Positions 13,261 to 31,766 of a stretch of DNA of 64,000 nucleotides are shown in pieces. The notes beneath the pieces are model-generated. The model saw nothing but the letters and a program-made list of their open reading frames with translations, was not told where the DNA came from and did not search any database. Location: NCBI RefSeq assembly GCF_009914755.1, contig NC_060938.1; one strand, 5' to 3'. Position 1 is the stretch's first letter. Every line of letters starts with the position of its first letter. The translations under genes were made by a program, and so were the position numbers. This DNA is from the human T2T-CHM13v2.0 reference genome, Homo sapiens.

Positions 13261-16162
13261 GTACAATAAATCCCTGGGGTCCTGAACCACCTAGGATGGA
13301 GGTGGCCAACACCTGCCGTATGAGGCATCCCTGGCCCTGCCTGACCGCAGAGAGCCAGCCGAGCTAGGCACTGGCTTTGCAAGACGTCTCCAGATCATGC
13401 AGGGTAAGTCCACTCCTCACCCCCAAAACATGTGCTCTTCTTTGTCAAAATAGACTTAGCAATTTGTGGACATTATGGCTTATATATATTTTAGAATGAG
13501 TTTGTCAAGTCCCTCAAAAAAATCCAGCTGGTATTTTGAACAAAATTACATGAAATTTATAGATTAATGTGGGAAGATTTGACATTTTTACAACTTAAAG
13601 CATCCATAAAAATGGTCTATCTCTCCATTTGTTCATGTTTTCTTTTATGTCCTTTTGATGTTTTCAATTTCATCTCTCCATTTTTATGTCTTCTTTTATG
13701 TCCTTTACGTTTTTTTAAAATTTTAATTTTTTTTTCCTCTATAAAGGTTTTCTGCATTTATTTCTGGCTTAATTTCTAGATACTTCATCATTTGGGTTCC
13801 TCTTGTGAATGTATCTCTTTTTCTATTATATTTCTAATTGGTTAATGCTGGTGTAGGGAAAGCCACTAATTTTAGTAAGTTGATCTTGTATTCAGCAATC
13901 TTGCTAAACTCTATTATTAGTTCCAATCAATTTTCTGTTCATTCTGTTGGGTTTCTATGTAGATGATATATAATCTGCGTGTGATGACAGCTGCGTCTCT
14001 TCCCTCCCTCTTCTCTTCCTATCTTTTCATTTTCTCATCTTATGGCACTAGCCAGAGCCTCTCGTGTTAGGTTGAATAGCTGCGGTGCTTCCGCTTGTCC
14101 TGTTTCCAACATTAAAGAGAATGAATTAAAGTTCATCTGCAGAGTAGTAGGTTTTCTACAAAGTTTTTAATATGCAAAGCTTTATTGCATTAAGGATATT
14201 CAGTTCCATTCAGAGTTTTCTGAGAAATTTAAAAAATCAGAAAGAGACGTTGAACTTCATCAAATCCTTTTCGGCATCTGTCAAGAGTTACTTTGCTCTG
14301 TTAGTCCGATAATATGGTAGATAAATTCATAGAATTTCTAATGTCAAATTGTTCTTACCCTCCTAGAATAAATCCAACTAGATTATTTTTAAACTACACA
14401 GTAGGGTTAATTAGCTAGTAGCTTATTTGGAATTTTGCATCTATTTTTATAAATGAAGTAGATCTATTTTTTTCTTATATTGGCCTAATCAGTATTTCGA
14501 ATCAAGGTTATGTTAGCCTCATAAAATGAGTTGGGCAGATTTCCCTTACTTTCTACTTTCTAAAACAACTTCTCTGAAAGTATTTCATCTTTAAATATCT
14601 GGTAGAATCCTTATCTAAAGCTGTTTATGCCTGAAAATTTTTTGAGGGGAATATCTTTGCCATTTCCATTTCTAAAGAGCTCCAAGTCATTGTTATTCAA
14701 TCTTCTCTATCTTTGCTTTATGTTTTTGATGGCTTGATCTGCCAATCTAACAGTTTCCAAGAGTTTTATTTTTAATAACAATTATAATTATTCACTTATC
14801 TAGTTTCCTCTATGGTTTCATTGGTTGCAGCTTCATGTATTTCATTGTTACTTTTTTGGGAGAACATATGTTCACGGTTATTTTTTTCCATAATACTCTT
14901 TTCATTGAGGCATAATTTACATATAACAAAATGCACAGATTATACGTGTACGGTATAATGTGTTTTGACAAATGTGTACACTCATGTGCCCAACTCCCAA
15001 ATCAAGATGTAGAGCATTTTTATCAACCAAGATAGCTGCCACATGCCCACCCTGGCCACCGTTCTGACTTCACTCCCATAGCTGAGTTTGCCTGCAGCAG
15101 AACGTCATGTGAATGGAATTGTGAGGCGTGTGCTCATCTCGGCACAATGCTTAGGATATTCATTCATGTTGTTGCACATATCACTCATACATCCCTTTCT
15201 GCTGCAAAGTAGTTTCCCACTATATGAACAGAACACAATTTTATGAGCCATTTTCCTGTTGATGGACATTTGGGTTGTTTCTAGTTTTTAGCTACTATGA
15301 ATAAAACTGCTATGCATAATTTTATACAAGTATTTTATGGATTCATGTTTTCATTTCTCTCAGGCAAATACCTAAGAGTGGGATTGCTTGATGATTGACT
15401 AAGTATATATTTACTTCTTTAAGATTGCCAAATAATTTTTCAAAGTGGTTGTGGCATTTGACACTTTAACAGCGAGTTATGAGAATCCCCACGGTTCCAT
15501 ACCCTCATCAGCACTTGGTATTTTCAGTTTTCAAGTTTAGCCATTCTGTGGGAATGAAATGGATTCTCATTGCAGTGTTAAATTGCATTTCTCTGATGAC
15601 TAATAATGCTAAGTACCTTTTCATGTACTTATTGGCCATTTTATATATTCTTTTGTAAAGTATCTATGCAATTCTTTTTCTCATTTTTTATAGGACTACC
15701 TTTTTAGTTTTGATTTGTAGGAGCTCTGTACATATTCTGAATATAAGTTATTCTTCAAATATAGGTACTAAAAATATTTTCTCTTAATCAGTTGATTGCA
15801 TTTTCACTTTAGTAAAAGAGCCTTTTAATGAGCAGAAATCTTTTATTTTATGAAGTCCAGTTTGTAATTTTTTTCTTTCATGCTTATCATTTTTGAATCC
15901 TCTCTGAAAAGTATATTCTCCAGTGATTTAACGTTTAATTTTAGGTCTACGATCTACATCAAAATAATTTTTATATGTCATTGGAGTCAAGATTCATTTT
16001 TTTTTCCATATGGATATCCAGTTGTTCCAGTATTGTTTGTTGAAAAGTTTCTTTTCCCGATTGAATTACACTGGAACTTTCATCACATACCAATTGACTA
16101 GATACATGTGGGTGTGTTTCTAGGCTCTGGATTCTGTCACATTGATTTAGCTGTGTAACAAC

Positions 16163-16668
16163 ATACCGCTCCCCTTTGTCCCTTCTTTTGCTTTTCCAGG
16201 TTTCAGTGACCCATGGCCTGAAAATATTAAATGGGAAATTCCAGAAATAAACAATTCATAAGTTTAAAATTGGTGGCAGGATGAAATCTCCTGCTCTCCC
16301 ACCCCATCCTTTGCCCAGCCTATCCGTGGTGTCTGTACCACCGCCCATTAGTCACTTAGCGGCCATCTCAACTATCAGATCGATTGTCCCCATATCACAC
16401 TGCTTGTGTTCAAATAACCCTTATTTTACCTGATAAAGGCCCTGAAGCACAAGAGTAGTGATGCTGGTATATTCTTATAATTGTTCTATTTTAGGATCAA
16501 TTATTTTTGTTAATCTCTTACTGTGCCTAATTTGTAAGTTAAACTTCCTTATGGGTACGCATGTACAAGAAAAAAACAGAGTACGTATAGGGTTTGGTAC
16601 CATCCATGGTTTCAGGCACCCACTGGGGGTCTTGGAACGTATTCCCTGTGGATAAAGGGGGATGATGG
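16163..16668 (+). mobile_element. Tigger7-derived DNA transposon MITE (MER44B-like)
   Basis: gaaaatattaaatgggaaattccagaaataaacaattcataag internal motif; terminus gggggtcttggaacgtattccctgtggataaggggg. Strand assignment tentative. Confidence 0.75.
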
Positions 16669-16857
16669 TCTCATACTAAAATAATTACTGTTGCTTTACA
16701 GTAATGCTTGAAGTCAAATAGTCCAAGTCAGAAACAGTATTTATCTTTAGCATGCTTGTGGTGGCTATTCTAGGTCCTTATATTTCCATGTAATTTCTTG
16801 AACAGCTTTATTAAGATATAACAATTGGCATACAATAAACATTGTTTATTGTATCTT

Positions 16858-17159
<302 letters not shown>

Positions 17160-17633
17160 TGTTTATTGTATCTTAAGTGTACAGTTTGGTAAGATCCAAC
17201 ATATCTATACAACTGTGAAACCATCACCCTTATCAGGATAGTGAATGTATCCATCAGCCTCAAAAGTTTTCAAGTGCCTCTTTCTAATCCCTATTTTTCT
17301 CCCTCCTGTTTTCTCTAGGCAAACACCGATCTGCTTTCTATGCTACATATTAGTTTGTCTTTTTAGAGTTTATATAAATTGAATCATACTGTCTCTCTTT
17401 TTTTGGTCTGATCTCTCTCACCCAGTTATTTTGAGATCCACACATGTTGTTGAGTGTATCAATAGTTCATTCCTTTTATTGCTGAGTAATATTCCATTAT
17501 ATGCCTCTAATAAAATTTACTTATTCACTGGTTGGTGGAGATTTGGGTTGTTTCCCAGGTGAGGATATTATAAATAAAACTGCTATGAGCATTGACATAC
17601 TCATGCTTTTGCATTCTGTTGACATATGCTTTC

Positions 17634-17985
17634 TGCTATGGTTTGAATATTTATGTCCTCTCAAAATTCCTATGTTGAAATGCTATTCCCCAAGGTGATG
17701 GTATTAGGAGGTGGGGCCTGTAGAAAGTGATTATGTCATGAGGATGGGGCCCTCATCATGGGATTAGCACCCTTACGAAGGAAGCCAGAGAGAGTTCCCT
17801 CACTCCTTTCATCATGTGAAGACAGGAAGGTGGCATCTATGAGGAAGAGAGCTCTCCCCAGGCACCACATCTGCCAGCTTCTTCTTCTTGGACTTCCCAG
17901 CCTCCAGAGCAGTGAGAAATAAATGCTTGTTTATAAGTCACCCAGTTTGTGTTATTTTATTACATCAGCCCAAGTGAACTAGACA
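17634..17985 (+). mobile_element. MaLR solo LTR (MLT1A-like) with 5-bp TSD CTTTC
   Basis: TG...CA termini (tgctatggtttgaat...gaactagaca); CTTTC at 17629-17633 and 17986-17990; aataaa inside. Confidence 0.85.
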
Positions 17986-19705
17986 CTTTCTCTTGGACAA
18001 ATACCTCAGGTTGGAATGGCTGATACATAGGGTTGGTGTATGTTTAGCTTTTTAGGGAACTGGAAAACTGTTCTACAAAGTGATTACACCATTTTACATT
18101 CCCACTGGCAGTGGACAGGAGTTCCAGTGGCTCCACATTCTTGCCAACACTTGGCATGATCCATCTTTTTAGCTGTAGCCATTCTAGTGGGTATGCAGTG
18201 GTATCGCATTGTGGTTTTAATTTGTAGTTCACTAATGATTAATCATGTTGGGCATATTTTCATGTGCTTATTTGCTATCTATATGTCTTCTTTGATTGAG
18301 TATATGTTCAAATATTTTGTCCATTAAAAAATTAGGTTTTCTTATAATTGGGTTTTGAGAGCTCTTTATGTACACTAGATAAAAGTTCTTTATCAGATAT
18401 ATGCCTTAAAAATATTTTCTCCCTGTCTGTGGCTTGTCTTGATTTACCTAATGGCACCTTTTGAAGAACAGCAGTTTTTACTTTTAATGAAGCACAATTT
18501 ATCTATTTGTCCTTTTATGGATCATGTTTTTAATGTCACATCTAAGAAATCTTTGCCTAACTCAAGGTCACAAAAATTTTCTCCTATATTTTCTTTTAGA
18601 AGCTTTATGGCCTTGGGTTTTACATTCAGGTCTAGGATCCACTTTGAGTTCACTTTTTGTATATAATGCAAGTTATGGATCAAAGTGTAATTTATGAGAT
18701 ATAGATACCCAATAGATCCAGCACCATTCGTTGAAAATGCCGTTTTCCATTCCCTCACTTTTGCACCTTTGTTGAAAGTCAAGTTTGTATGCCTTTGTGG
18801 CTCTAATTCTGAGCTCCTGATTCTCGTTCACTTAACCTATTTGTCTATCTTGCAGTCAATATGACATGATAGCTTTTTTTTTCACAGCTTTTTAATAAGC
18901 CTTGAAATCAGGAAGAGCCAGCCCTCCAACTATATTTTTTAAGTTGTTTTGGCTATTTTAGCTTCTCTGCATTTCCATATAGATTTTAGAATCCGCTTTT
19001 CAATTTCTAACAAAAAAGTCTGCTGGAATTTTGATTGGGATTGCATTGAATCTACAGATCAATTTGTGGCGAATTCAAATTTTAACAATTTTGAGTTTTC
19101 TGATCCATGAACAAGGGGATACTGCTCCTTCAGAGTCTCCAATTACATGTACACGAGTGCTTGAAGTTGTCCCATAGCACATGGATGCCTTTTCCATCTA
19201 AATCTTTCCTCTGTGTGTTTCATTTGGGTATTTTCTATCGCCGTATCTGAAAGTTCACTCTTCTTTTCTTCTGCAATGTCTAATATGCTGTTAATCCAAT
19301 TCAGAATATTTTTCATCATGGACAGTGTAGTTTTCATCTCTGGGTGTTTCATTGGGTCTTTTTTATATTCTCCATGACTGTATTTACCTTTGGAACATAA
19401 TGAATATAGTTATCATGGTGACTTCAGTGTCCTCGTCTTTTGATTTTAACATCTGTGAAATTTCTGGGTTTGTTTCAATTGATCATTCTCCTCATTATGG
19501 GACTTATTTCGCTGCTTCTTTGCATGCCTGGGAATCTTTGATTGGATTGCAGACATTGTGGATTTTACAGTTAGGTACTGGATTTCTATGCATATTCTTG
19601 TGCTGTGCCCTGAGATGCAGTTAAATCGCTTAAAAATAGTTTGATCTTTTGGGCCTTCTCTCTAGGATTTGATAGACAAGACCAGCAAAGTGTTTGATCT
19701 AGGGC

Positions 19706-19852
19706 CAGGGCTGGTACAAAGGTAAAGAAAGTTAGGTGCCTATGGTACAAAATTTAGGGAGACACCTGTTCTCAGAGTCATACGAGGGCAGGGTCCTCCT
19801 TAAATTTTTGTGCCAGAGAGATCTCATTTGCCTCATCCTAGTTCTGGCTCTG
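19706..19852. mobile_element. Palindromic hAT MITE (MER96-like)
   Basis: cagggctgg...caaaatttaggg / ccttaaatttttgtgcc...ttctggctctg imperfect inverted arms. Confidence 0.6.
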
Positions 19853-20891
19853 ATTAGGCCTAATTATTTTTCATTACTGAAGCAAACCCTTTATTTGACC
19901 CAAAGCTCCCTAAATTAAGAGGTTTTCCCGCCTGGCTGTTGGAACAGGCAATATTCCTGGCCCTGTGTGAGCAGCAGGCATGGTTACTTCTAATCTGTTC
20001 AAGTCATTCTCTCCTCGGCCTTGCATAGTTTTCTCACATAAATAGGCAGATCAGCAGTCAACGGAATTTTCCAGGGGTGCCTCTGCTGATATCTGGGGCT
20101 CCTTCTCTGTACCACTTTCTCCTCCCTGGTACTCTACCCAGTGAATTCCAGCTGCCTTTGTCTCCCTGGACCCTCACCTTGAAATCCTCAATTCAGGGAG
20201 TCTTCCCTGCTCTGTCTGGGCTCCCCATTACCGCACCACAGCCTGCAAATTCTCTGCAGGCAATAACCTGGGGTAATCGGAGAGATTACCTCATGCATTT
20301 CCCATCTCTCAAGGATCACTGTCCTTCATCAAGGGTCTTGAAAAAAGTCATTTTGGGTGTTTTGTCTTCTTAAAAAATTTGTTGTTTCAGATCAAACAAT
20401 CTGTTCCCTGTTACTTAATCTTAACAGGGAGGAATCTAAAGCTGGAAGTAGAAGCCTATTTCTACATACATTTACAACTCAGCTTATCCATTTCTATAAG
20501 AAAGCCTACTGGGGTATTGATTGAATTGCGATTGTGTTGACTCTGTTGATCAAAGCCTCCTGGTGCGAATTATCATCTTAATAAGACCAAGTCTCCCCAT
20601 GTGTGAACATGGCTCCCTATTTCTTGGAATCTTCTATAAAGACTACATTATTTTGAATTTTCAGCTTTTTAAATCTTCCCTAAAAAGTTAATTTTTATAT
20701 TGGCTTAAGTAGTATTATGTTTGGATTCCTTTTTCCAACTGTTTTTTGGCTAGTGTATAGAAAGAAATTGATTTTAGTATACTGACCTTGGATCCTGAAA
20801 CCTTGCTAAATTAGCTTATTATTTCTAGCAAGGTTTTGTTTTTGTAGATTTCTTAGTTTTTCATATACACAATCATGTCCTCTGAGAATAA

Positions 20892-21431
<540 letters not shown>

Positions 21432-21771
21432 TAGGCTTCCACCATTAAGGATGATGCTAACTGTAGGTTTCTGATACCATCTCTTTATTAGTGAGAGGAA
21501 ATTCTCTTACATTACTAGTTTACTGAGATGTTTCTTTTTAATTTTAAATCATAGATAAGCATTAAATATCATAATTTTTTTCTGTATTTATCAAAATGAT
21601 TATATGATTTTTCTCCTTAATCTGTTAATGTGACAACTTAAATTGAATTATTTTTTCAAATGTTGAACCAAACTCATATTTCTGAGATAAACTTAACCTG
21701 GTCATTATGTATTATTATTTTACATACTGTTGGATTTGATTTACTAATGTTTTCTTAAGAAATTTTGCATT

Positions 21772-22674
21772 GGGAGGAGCCAAGATGGCCGAATAGGAAC
21801 AGCTCCGGTCTACAGCTCCCAGCGTGAGCGACGCAGAAGACGGGTGATTTCTGCATTTCCATCTGAGGTAGCGGGTTCATCTCACTAGGGAGTGCCAGAC
21901 AGTGGGCACAGGTCAGTGGGTGTGTGCACCGTGCGCGAGCCAAAGCAGGGCAAGGCATTGCCTCACTCGGGAAGCGCAAGGGGTCAGGGAGTTCCCTTTC
22001 TGAGTCAAAGAAAGGGGTGACGGACGCACCTGGATAATCGGGTCACTCCCACCCGAATATTGCGCTTTTCGGACTGGCTTAAAAAACGGCGCACCACGAG
22101 ATTATATCCCGCACCTGGCTCGGAGGGTCCTACGCCCACAGTGTCTCGCTGATTGCTAGCACAGCAGTCTGAGATCAAACTGCAAGGCGGCAGCGAGGCC
22201 GGGGGAGGGGCGCCCGCCATTGCCCAGGCTTGCTTAGGTAAACAAAGCAGCCTGAAGCTCGAACTGGGTGGAGCCCACCACAGCTCAAGGAGGCCTGCCT
22301 GCCTCTGTAGGCTCCACCTCTGGGGGCAGGGCACAGACAAACAAAAAGACAGCAGTAACCTCTGCAGACTTAAATGTCCCTGTCTGATAGCTTTGAAGAG
22401 AGCAGTGGTTCTCCCAGCACGCAGCTGGAGATCTGAGAACCGGCAGACTGCCTCCTCAAGTGGGTCCCTGACCCCTGACCCCCGAGCAGCCTAACTGGGA
22501 GGCACCCCCCAGCAGGGGCACACTGACACCTCACACGGCAGGGTATTCCAACAGACCTGCAGCTGAGGGTCCTGTCTGTTAGAAGGAAAACTAACAAACA
22601 GAAAGGACATCCACACCAAAAACCCATCTGTACATCACCATCATCAAAGACCAAAAGTAGATAAAACCACAAAG
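21772..22674. promoter_or_regulatory. L1 5'UTR internal sense promoter (intact YY1 site CAAGATGGCC at 21781-21790) and antisense promoter
   Basis: Complete, still CpG-containing 5'UTR. Promoter function is established knowledge for L1PA elements; activity of this copy is untested. Confidence 0.75.
22005..22220 (-). CDS. L1 ORF0, intact 71 aa
   Basis: MAGAPPPASLPPCSLISDCCASNQRD...RCVRHPFL, ATG at 22220-22218; matches the primate L1 antisense ORF0. Confidence 0.85.
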   Translation of the reverse strand: MAGAPPPASLPPCSLISDCCASNQRDTVGVGPSEPGAGYNLVVRRFLSQSEKRNIRVGVTRLSRCVRHPFL

Positions 22675-23691
22675 ATGGGGAAAAAACAGAACAGAAAAAC
22701 TGGAAACTCTAAAATGCAGTGCGCCTCTCCTCCTCCAAAGGAACACAGTTCCTCACCAGCAACGGAACAAAGCTGGATGGAGAATGACTTTGACGAGCTG
22801 AGAGAAGAAGGCTTCAGACGATCAAATTACTCTGAGCTACGGGAGGACATTCAAACCAAAGGCAAAGAAGTTGAAAACTTTGAAAAAAAATTAGAAGAAT
22901 GTATAACTAGAATAACCAATACAGAGAAGTGCTTAAAGGAGCTGATGGAGCTGAAAACCAAGGCTCGAGAACTACGTGAAGAATGCAGAAGCCTCAGGAG
23001 CCAATGCGATCAACTGGAAGAAAAGGTATCAGCAATGGAAGATGAAATGAATGAAATGAAGTGAGAAGGGAAGTTTAGAGAAAAAAGAATAAAAAGAAAT
23101 GAGCAAAGCCTCCAAGAAATATGGGACTATGTAAAAAGACCAAATCTACGTCTGATCGGTGTACCTGAAAGTGATGAGAAGAATGGAACCAAGTTGGAAA
23201 CCACTCTGCAGGATATTATCCAGGAGAACTTCCCCAATCTAGCAAGGTAGGCCAACATTCAGATTCAGGAAATACAGAGAACGCCACAAAGATACTCCTC
23301 GAGAAGAGCAACTCCAAGACACATAATTGTCAGATTCACCAAAGTTGAAATGAAGGAAAAATTGTCAAGGGCAGCCAGAGAGAAAGGTCAGGTTACCCTC
23401 AAAGGGAAGCCCATCAGACTAACAGCGGATCTCTCGGCAGAAACCCTACAGGCCAGAAGAGAGTGGGGGCCAATATTCAACATTCTTAAAGAAAAGAATT
23501 TTCAACCCAGAATTTCATATCCAGCCAAACTAAGCTTCATAAGTGAAGGAGAAATAAAATACTTTACAGACAAGCAAATGCTGAGAGACTTTGTCACCAC
23601 CAGGCCTGCCCTAAAAGAGCTCCTGAAGGAAGCGCTAAACATGGAAAGGAACAACCGGTACCAGCCGCTGCAAAATCATGCAAAAATGTAA
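22675..23691 (+). pseudogene. L1 ORF1p, disrupted by two in-frame stops
   Basis: MGKKQNRKTGNSK...QPLQNHAKM frame with TGA at 23062-23064 (CGA>TGA) and TAG at 23248-23250 (CAG>TAG); no frameshift. Confidence 0.95.
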
Positions 23692-23730
23692 AGACCATCG
23701 AGACTAGGAAGAAACTGCATCAACTAATGA

Positions 23731-27582
<3,852 letters not shown>

Positions 27583-29130
27583 ACAGTGAGATCACATGGA
27601 CACAGGAAGGGGAATATCACACTCTGGAGACTGTGGTGGGGTGGGGGGAGGGGGGAGGGATAGCATTGGGAGATATACCTAATGCTAGATGACGAGTTAG
27701 TGGGTGCAGCGCACCAGCGTGGCACATGTTTAAATATGTAACTAACCTGCACAATGTGCACATGTACCCTAAAACTTAAAGTATAATAAAAAAAAAAAGA
27801 AATTTTGCATCAATTTCCTGAGCAATATTGATCTATAATTTTCTCTTTCTTATAATCCCTTTTCAGATTTTGGTATTAGCTTTACACTGACCTCATAAAA
27901 TGAGCTGAGAAATTTTCATTCCTATTTTTGAAAAAAGTTTGTATAACATTGGTATTATTTTCCCCTTAAATGTTTGATAGAAATAAAAATTGCAGCCATC
28001 TGGGCCTGGAGTTTTCTTTGTGGGCTCTAAATTATAATTCAAGCTCCATGATAGATAAAGATAGGGATTTTCATCTTTTCTGTTTCTTCTTGTCTTCATT
28101 TCAGTAAGTTGGGTTTTCCAAGGGAATTTTCCATTTCATATAAATTGTTGAATTTATTTGCATAAATTTGCTTATAATATTTCCGTATTATCCTAGTAAT
28201 GTCTGTAAAACTGTAGTGATGGTCCCTCTTTCATTCTTGATATTGGAGATTTGGGTTTTTTTCTATTTTTCAAATCAGTCTTGCTGGATTTTTTCTTAAA
28301 TTTTATTAATATTTTTAAAGAACGAACTTTGGGGTTTGTTAATTTTCTGTTTTGTTTGACCATATTCTATTTAGTTGACTGCCATGCTTATCTTTAGATT
28401 TCTTCATTTTATTTACTCTAGGCTTGATTTCTTCTACTTTTTCTAGCTTTGTAATATAAGATATATGGTCATTGATATAAATTTTTATTATTTTCTAGTG
28501 TAAATATTTAAAACTGTAATTTTCCCTAAAACTGATTTAGCCAAATTCTACACTTCTTTAAAAAACTTATTAATTTTAAGAATAGCTTTACATTTACAGA
28601 AAATTTACAAAGACAATACAGAGAGTTCTCATATACCCAATAGCCAGTTTCTTCTGCTATTAATATCTCTTATGTGTAAGTAAACATACATCTACATGTA
28701 TGTCATAACTAATGAACCAACATTGGTATATTATTCATAACTAAGTCCATATTTTATGTGAATTTCCTTAGTTTTTACCTAATATCTTTTTATGTCCCAG
28801 GATCCTATCCAGGAGCACATTATGTCTAGTCATCAGGTCTTCTGAGGCTTCTCTAAATTGTGACAATTTTTTAAACTTTGCTTGTTTTTGATGATCTCAA
28901 CAGTTTTGTAGACTACTGGTTAGGTATATTGTCAATGTCTGCACCCACCCATTTTGATATATTGTGTTTTCATTCTAATTGAGTTTGAGAGCTTTTCTAA
29001 TTTCTAGTCATTTTTCTACTCATTGGTTATTTAGAAGTATGTTGCTAAATTTCCTCAAACTTGAGGATTTCTAGTTATCTTTTTGGTATTGATTTCCAGT
29101 TTAATTCCATTATAATCAAACAATGTACTC

Positions 29131-29303
29131 TTCTAGAATTTTTATAGTTTCAGGTCTTAGACTTCAGTCCTTCATCCATCCTGAGTTGATTTTTGTATAA
29201 GGTGAGAGATGAGGATCCAGTTTCATTCACCTACATGTGGCTTGCCAATTATCCCAACTTTCCCCACTCTATGTTTTCGTTTGCTTTGTCGAAGATCAGT
29301 ACT
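29131..29303 (-). mobile_element. Short internal L1PB-like ORF2 fragment
   Basis: ttctagaatttttatagtttcaggtctt...ggtgagagatgaggatccagtttcatt...gtcgaagatcagt; looks less decayed than the surrounding L1M. Confidence 0.65.
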
Positions 29304-29489
29304 GGTATTTGGTTTACAGCACAGCAGATTCTCTCTTCATGAAGTTCCGTGGGCACTGGAAAAGAATGTGCATTCTGCACTTTTTGGGTATAATCACCTG
29401 TAAATGCCAATTATAACAATATGGTTGATAGTGTTATTCAAATGTTCTATATCTTACAGATTTTTGATCTACTTGTTCCATTAGTTTCT

Positions 29490-29800
29490 TTTCTTTTTTT
29501 TTTTTTTTTTTTTTTTTTGAGATGGAGTCTTGCTCTGCTGCCTAGGCTGGACTGCGGTGGCAGGATCTCGGCTCACTGCAAACTCCGCCTCCTGGGTTCA
29601 AGCAATTCTCCTGCCTCAGCCTCCTGAGTAGCTGGGATTACAGGTGTGCACCACCACAACTGGCTAATTTTTGTATTTTTAGTAGAGACAGGGTTTCATC
29701 ATGTTGGTCAGGCTGGTCTCAAACTCCTGAACTCAGGTGATCCACCTACCTCGGTCTCCCACAGTGCTGGGATTACAGGCATGAGCCACTGCACCTCGTC
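29490..29800 (-). mobile_element. Alu (AluS-like) with degenerate 16-bp TSD
   Basis: tgttccattagtttct (29474-29489) versus tgttctatcagtttct (29801-29816). Confidence 0.95.
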
Positions 29801-30424
29801 TGTTCTATCAGTTTCTGAAAGAGGAATGTTACAGTCTCCAACTATGATTTTGTATGTATCTATTTCTCCTTTCGGTTTGCCGGTTTTTGCTTTATGTATT
29901 TTGAAGCTCTATTATAAGGTGCAAAGACACTTAGGGTTAGTATGTCTTCTCAATAAATTAATACTTCAAGTATAAAATGTCCCTTTTCATCTCTGTTAGA
30001 AACCATTTACATCTAACGTAACTACTAATATAGTTGGGTTTAAATAAATCATCATGCTATTTGTTTTCAATTTTCCCTTTTTGTTCTTTTTACTTTGTTC
30101 CTCCTTTCCTGCCAAATCAAGTCATCATTTTAGCAACTGATGAATCGCCTCTTTTGGATATTTAGGCATATCTCTTTGCATGATTCTTAATATTTTAATC
30201 ATTATTCTTTTAGTGGTTACTTTAAGGATTACAACATGCATCAAGTTGTCACATTTACCTTGAATTAATATTATACCACTTGATATAGAAGAATCTTACG
30301 ATAGTATATTTTAACTTAATGCTCTCCCATCCCCTTTGCAATTGTTGTATATATTTTATTTCTACATGTAATAAACTCCACATTACATTGTTATATAAAC
30401 AACCACTTACTTTAAAGAAATTAA

Positions 30425-31043
<619 letters not shown>

Positions 31044-31597
31044 TGAGGAGAACAGCATCATTGTAGCATTGTTTCCCTATATTTCACGTGTCTTTGTTTT
31101 TTCCTTTTTATCTTTAAGCTTCAGCAGCTGAAAGTCAAAGAGTAAACTTGTGCCACACTCCAATATGCTTACTTGTGGTTTTCTTTGTGTTTATCCTGCT
31201 TGAGTTTCTCAGAGGATTTTAGATCAGTGGCTGGATGTTTTTAATAAAATTTGGGAAAGTTTTGGCAACTATTTCTTCAATTTTTTTTCTTGCTTCTTCT
31301 CTCTTACGTACTTCTGAGCTTCTGATTCTACATATAATAGACTGTTTAATAGTGTTCCATTGGTCACTGAGGCTCTCTCTATTCCTTGTTTTTGCCTTTT
31401 AAAATTCTCTCTGTGCTTTGGTTTAGGAAATTCTTTTGACATTTCTTCATTTTTGCTGATCATTTTCTCTCCACAATATATCCAATATCAAGTTAATCCT
31501 ATCCAATAAATACTTGACTTCAGATAGTGATGTACATTAATTCTTTATTTATGATTTCTATATCTCTCTTAAAATTCCTCATCTCTTCACCTATTAC

Positions 31598-31766
31598 AGA
31601 CAGTCCCCAACTTACAATGATTCAACTTATGGGTTTGTTTTTGTTTTTGTTTTACTTTATGATGGGTTTGGTTTATAAGAGTATTAAGTGCATTTTTGAC
31701 TTATAGTATTTTTAACTCACTGAGTTTGTGACATAACCTCACTATAAGTTTAATAAAGCATTTGTA
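31598..31766. mobile_element. Tigger5-derived MITE fragment (MER47-like)
   Basis: ta-cagacagtccccaacttacaatg start; ...ctataagtttaataaagcatttg-ta end. Confidence 0.55.

Noticed and set aside
13395-13410. Strong splice donor GG|GTAAGT downstream of an MLT1 LTR
   Set aside because: It lies in sequence matching antisense L1M (agggtaagtcc...ttctttgtcaaaat), and nothing else supports an exon.
22221-22340. N-terminally extended 111-aa ORF0
   Set aside because: The extension depends on a non-ATG start; the canonical ATG is at 22220.
27632-27659. G-quadruplex-forming tract
   Set aside because: This is the standard L1PA 3'UTR G-rich tract and is not specific to this locus.
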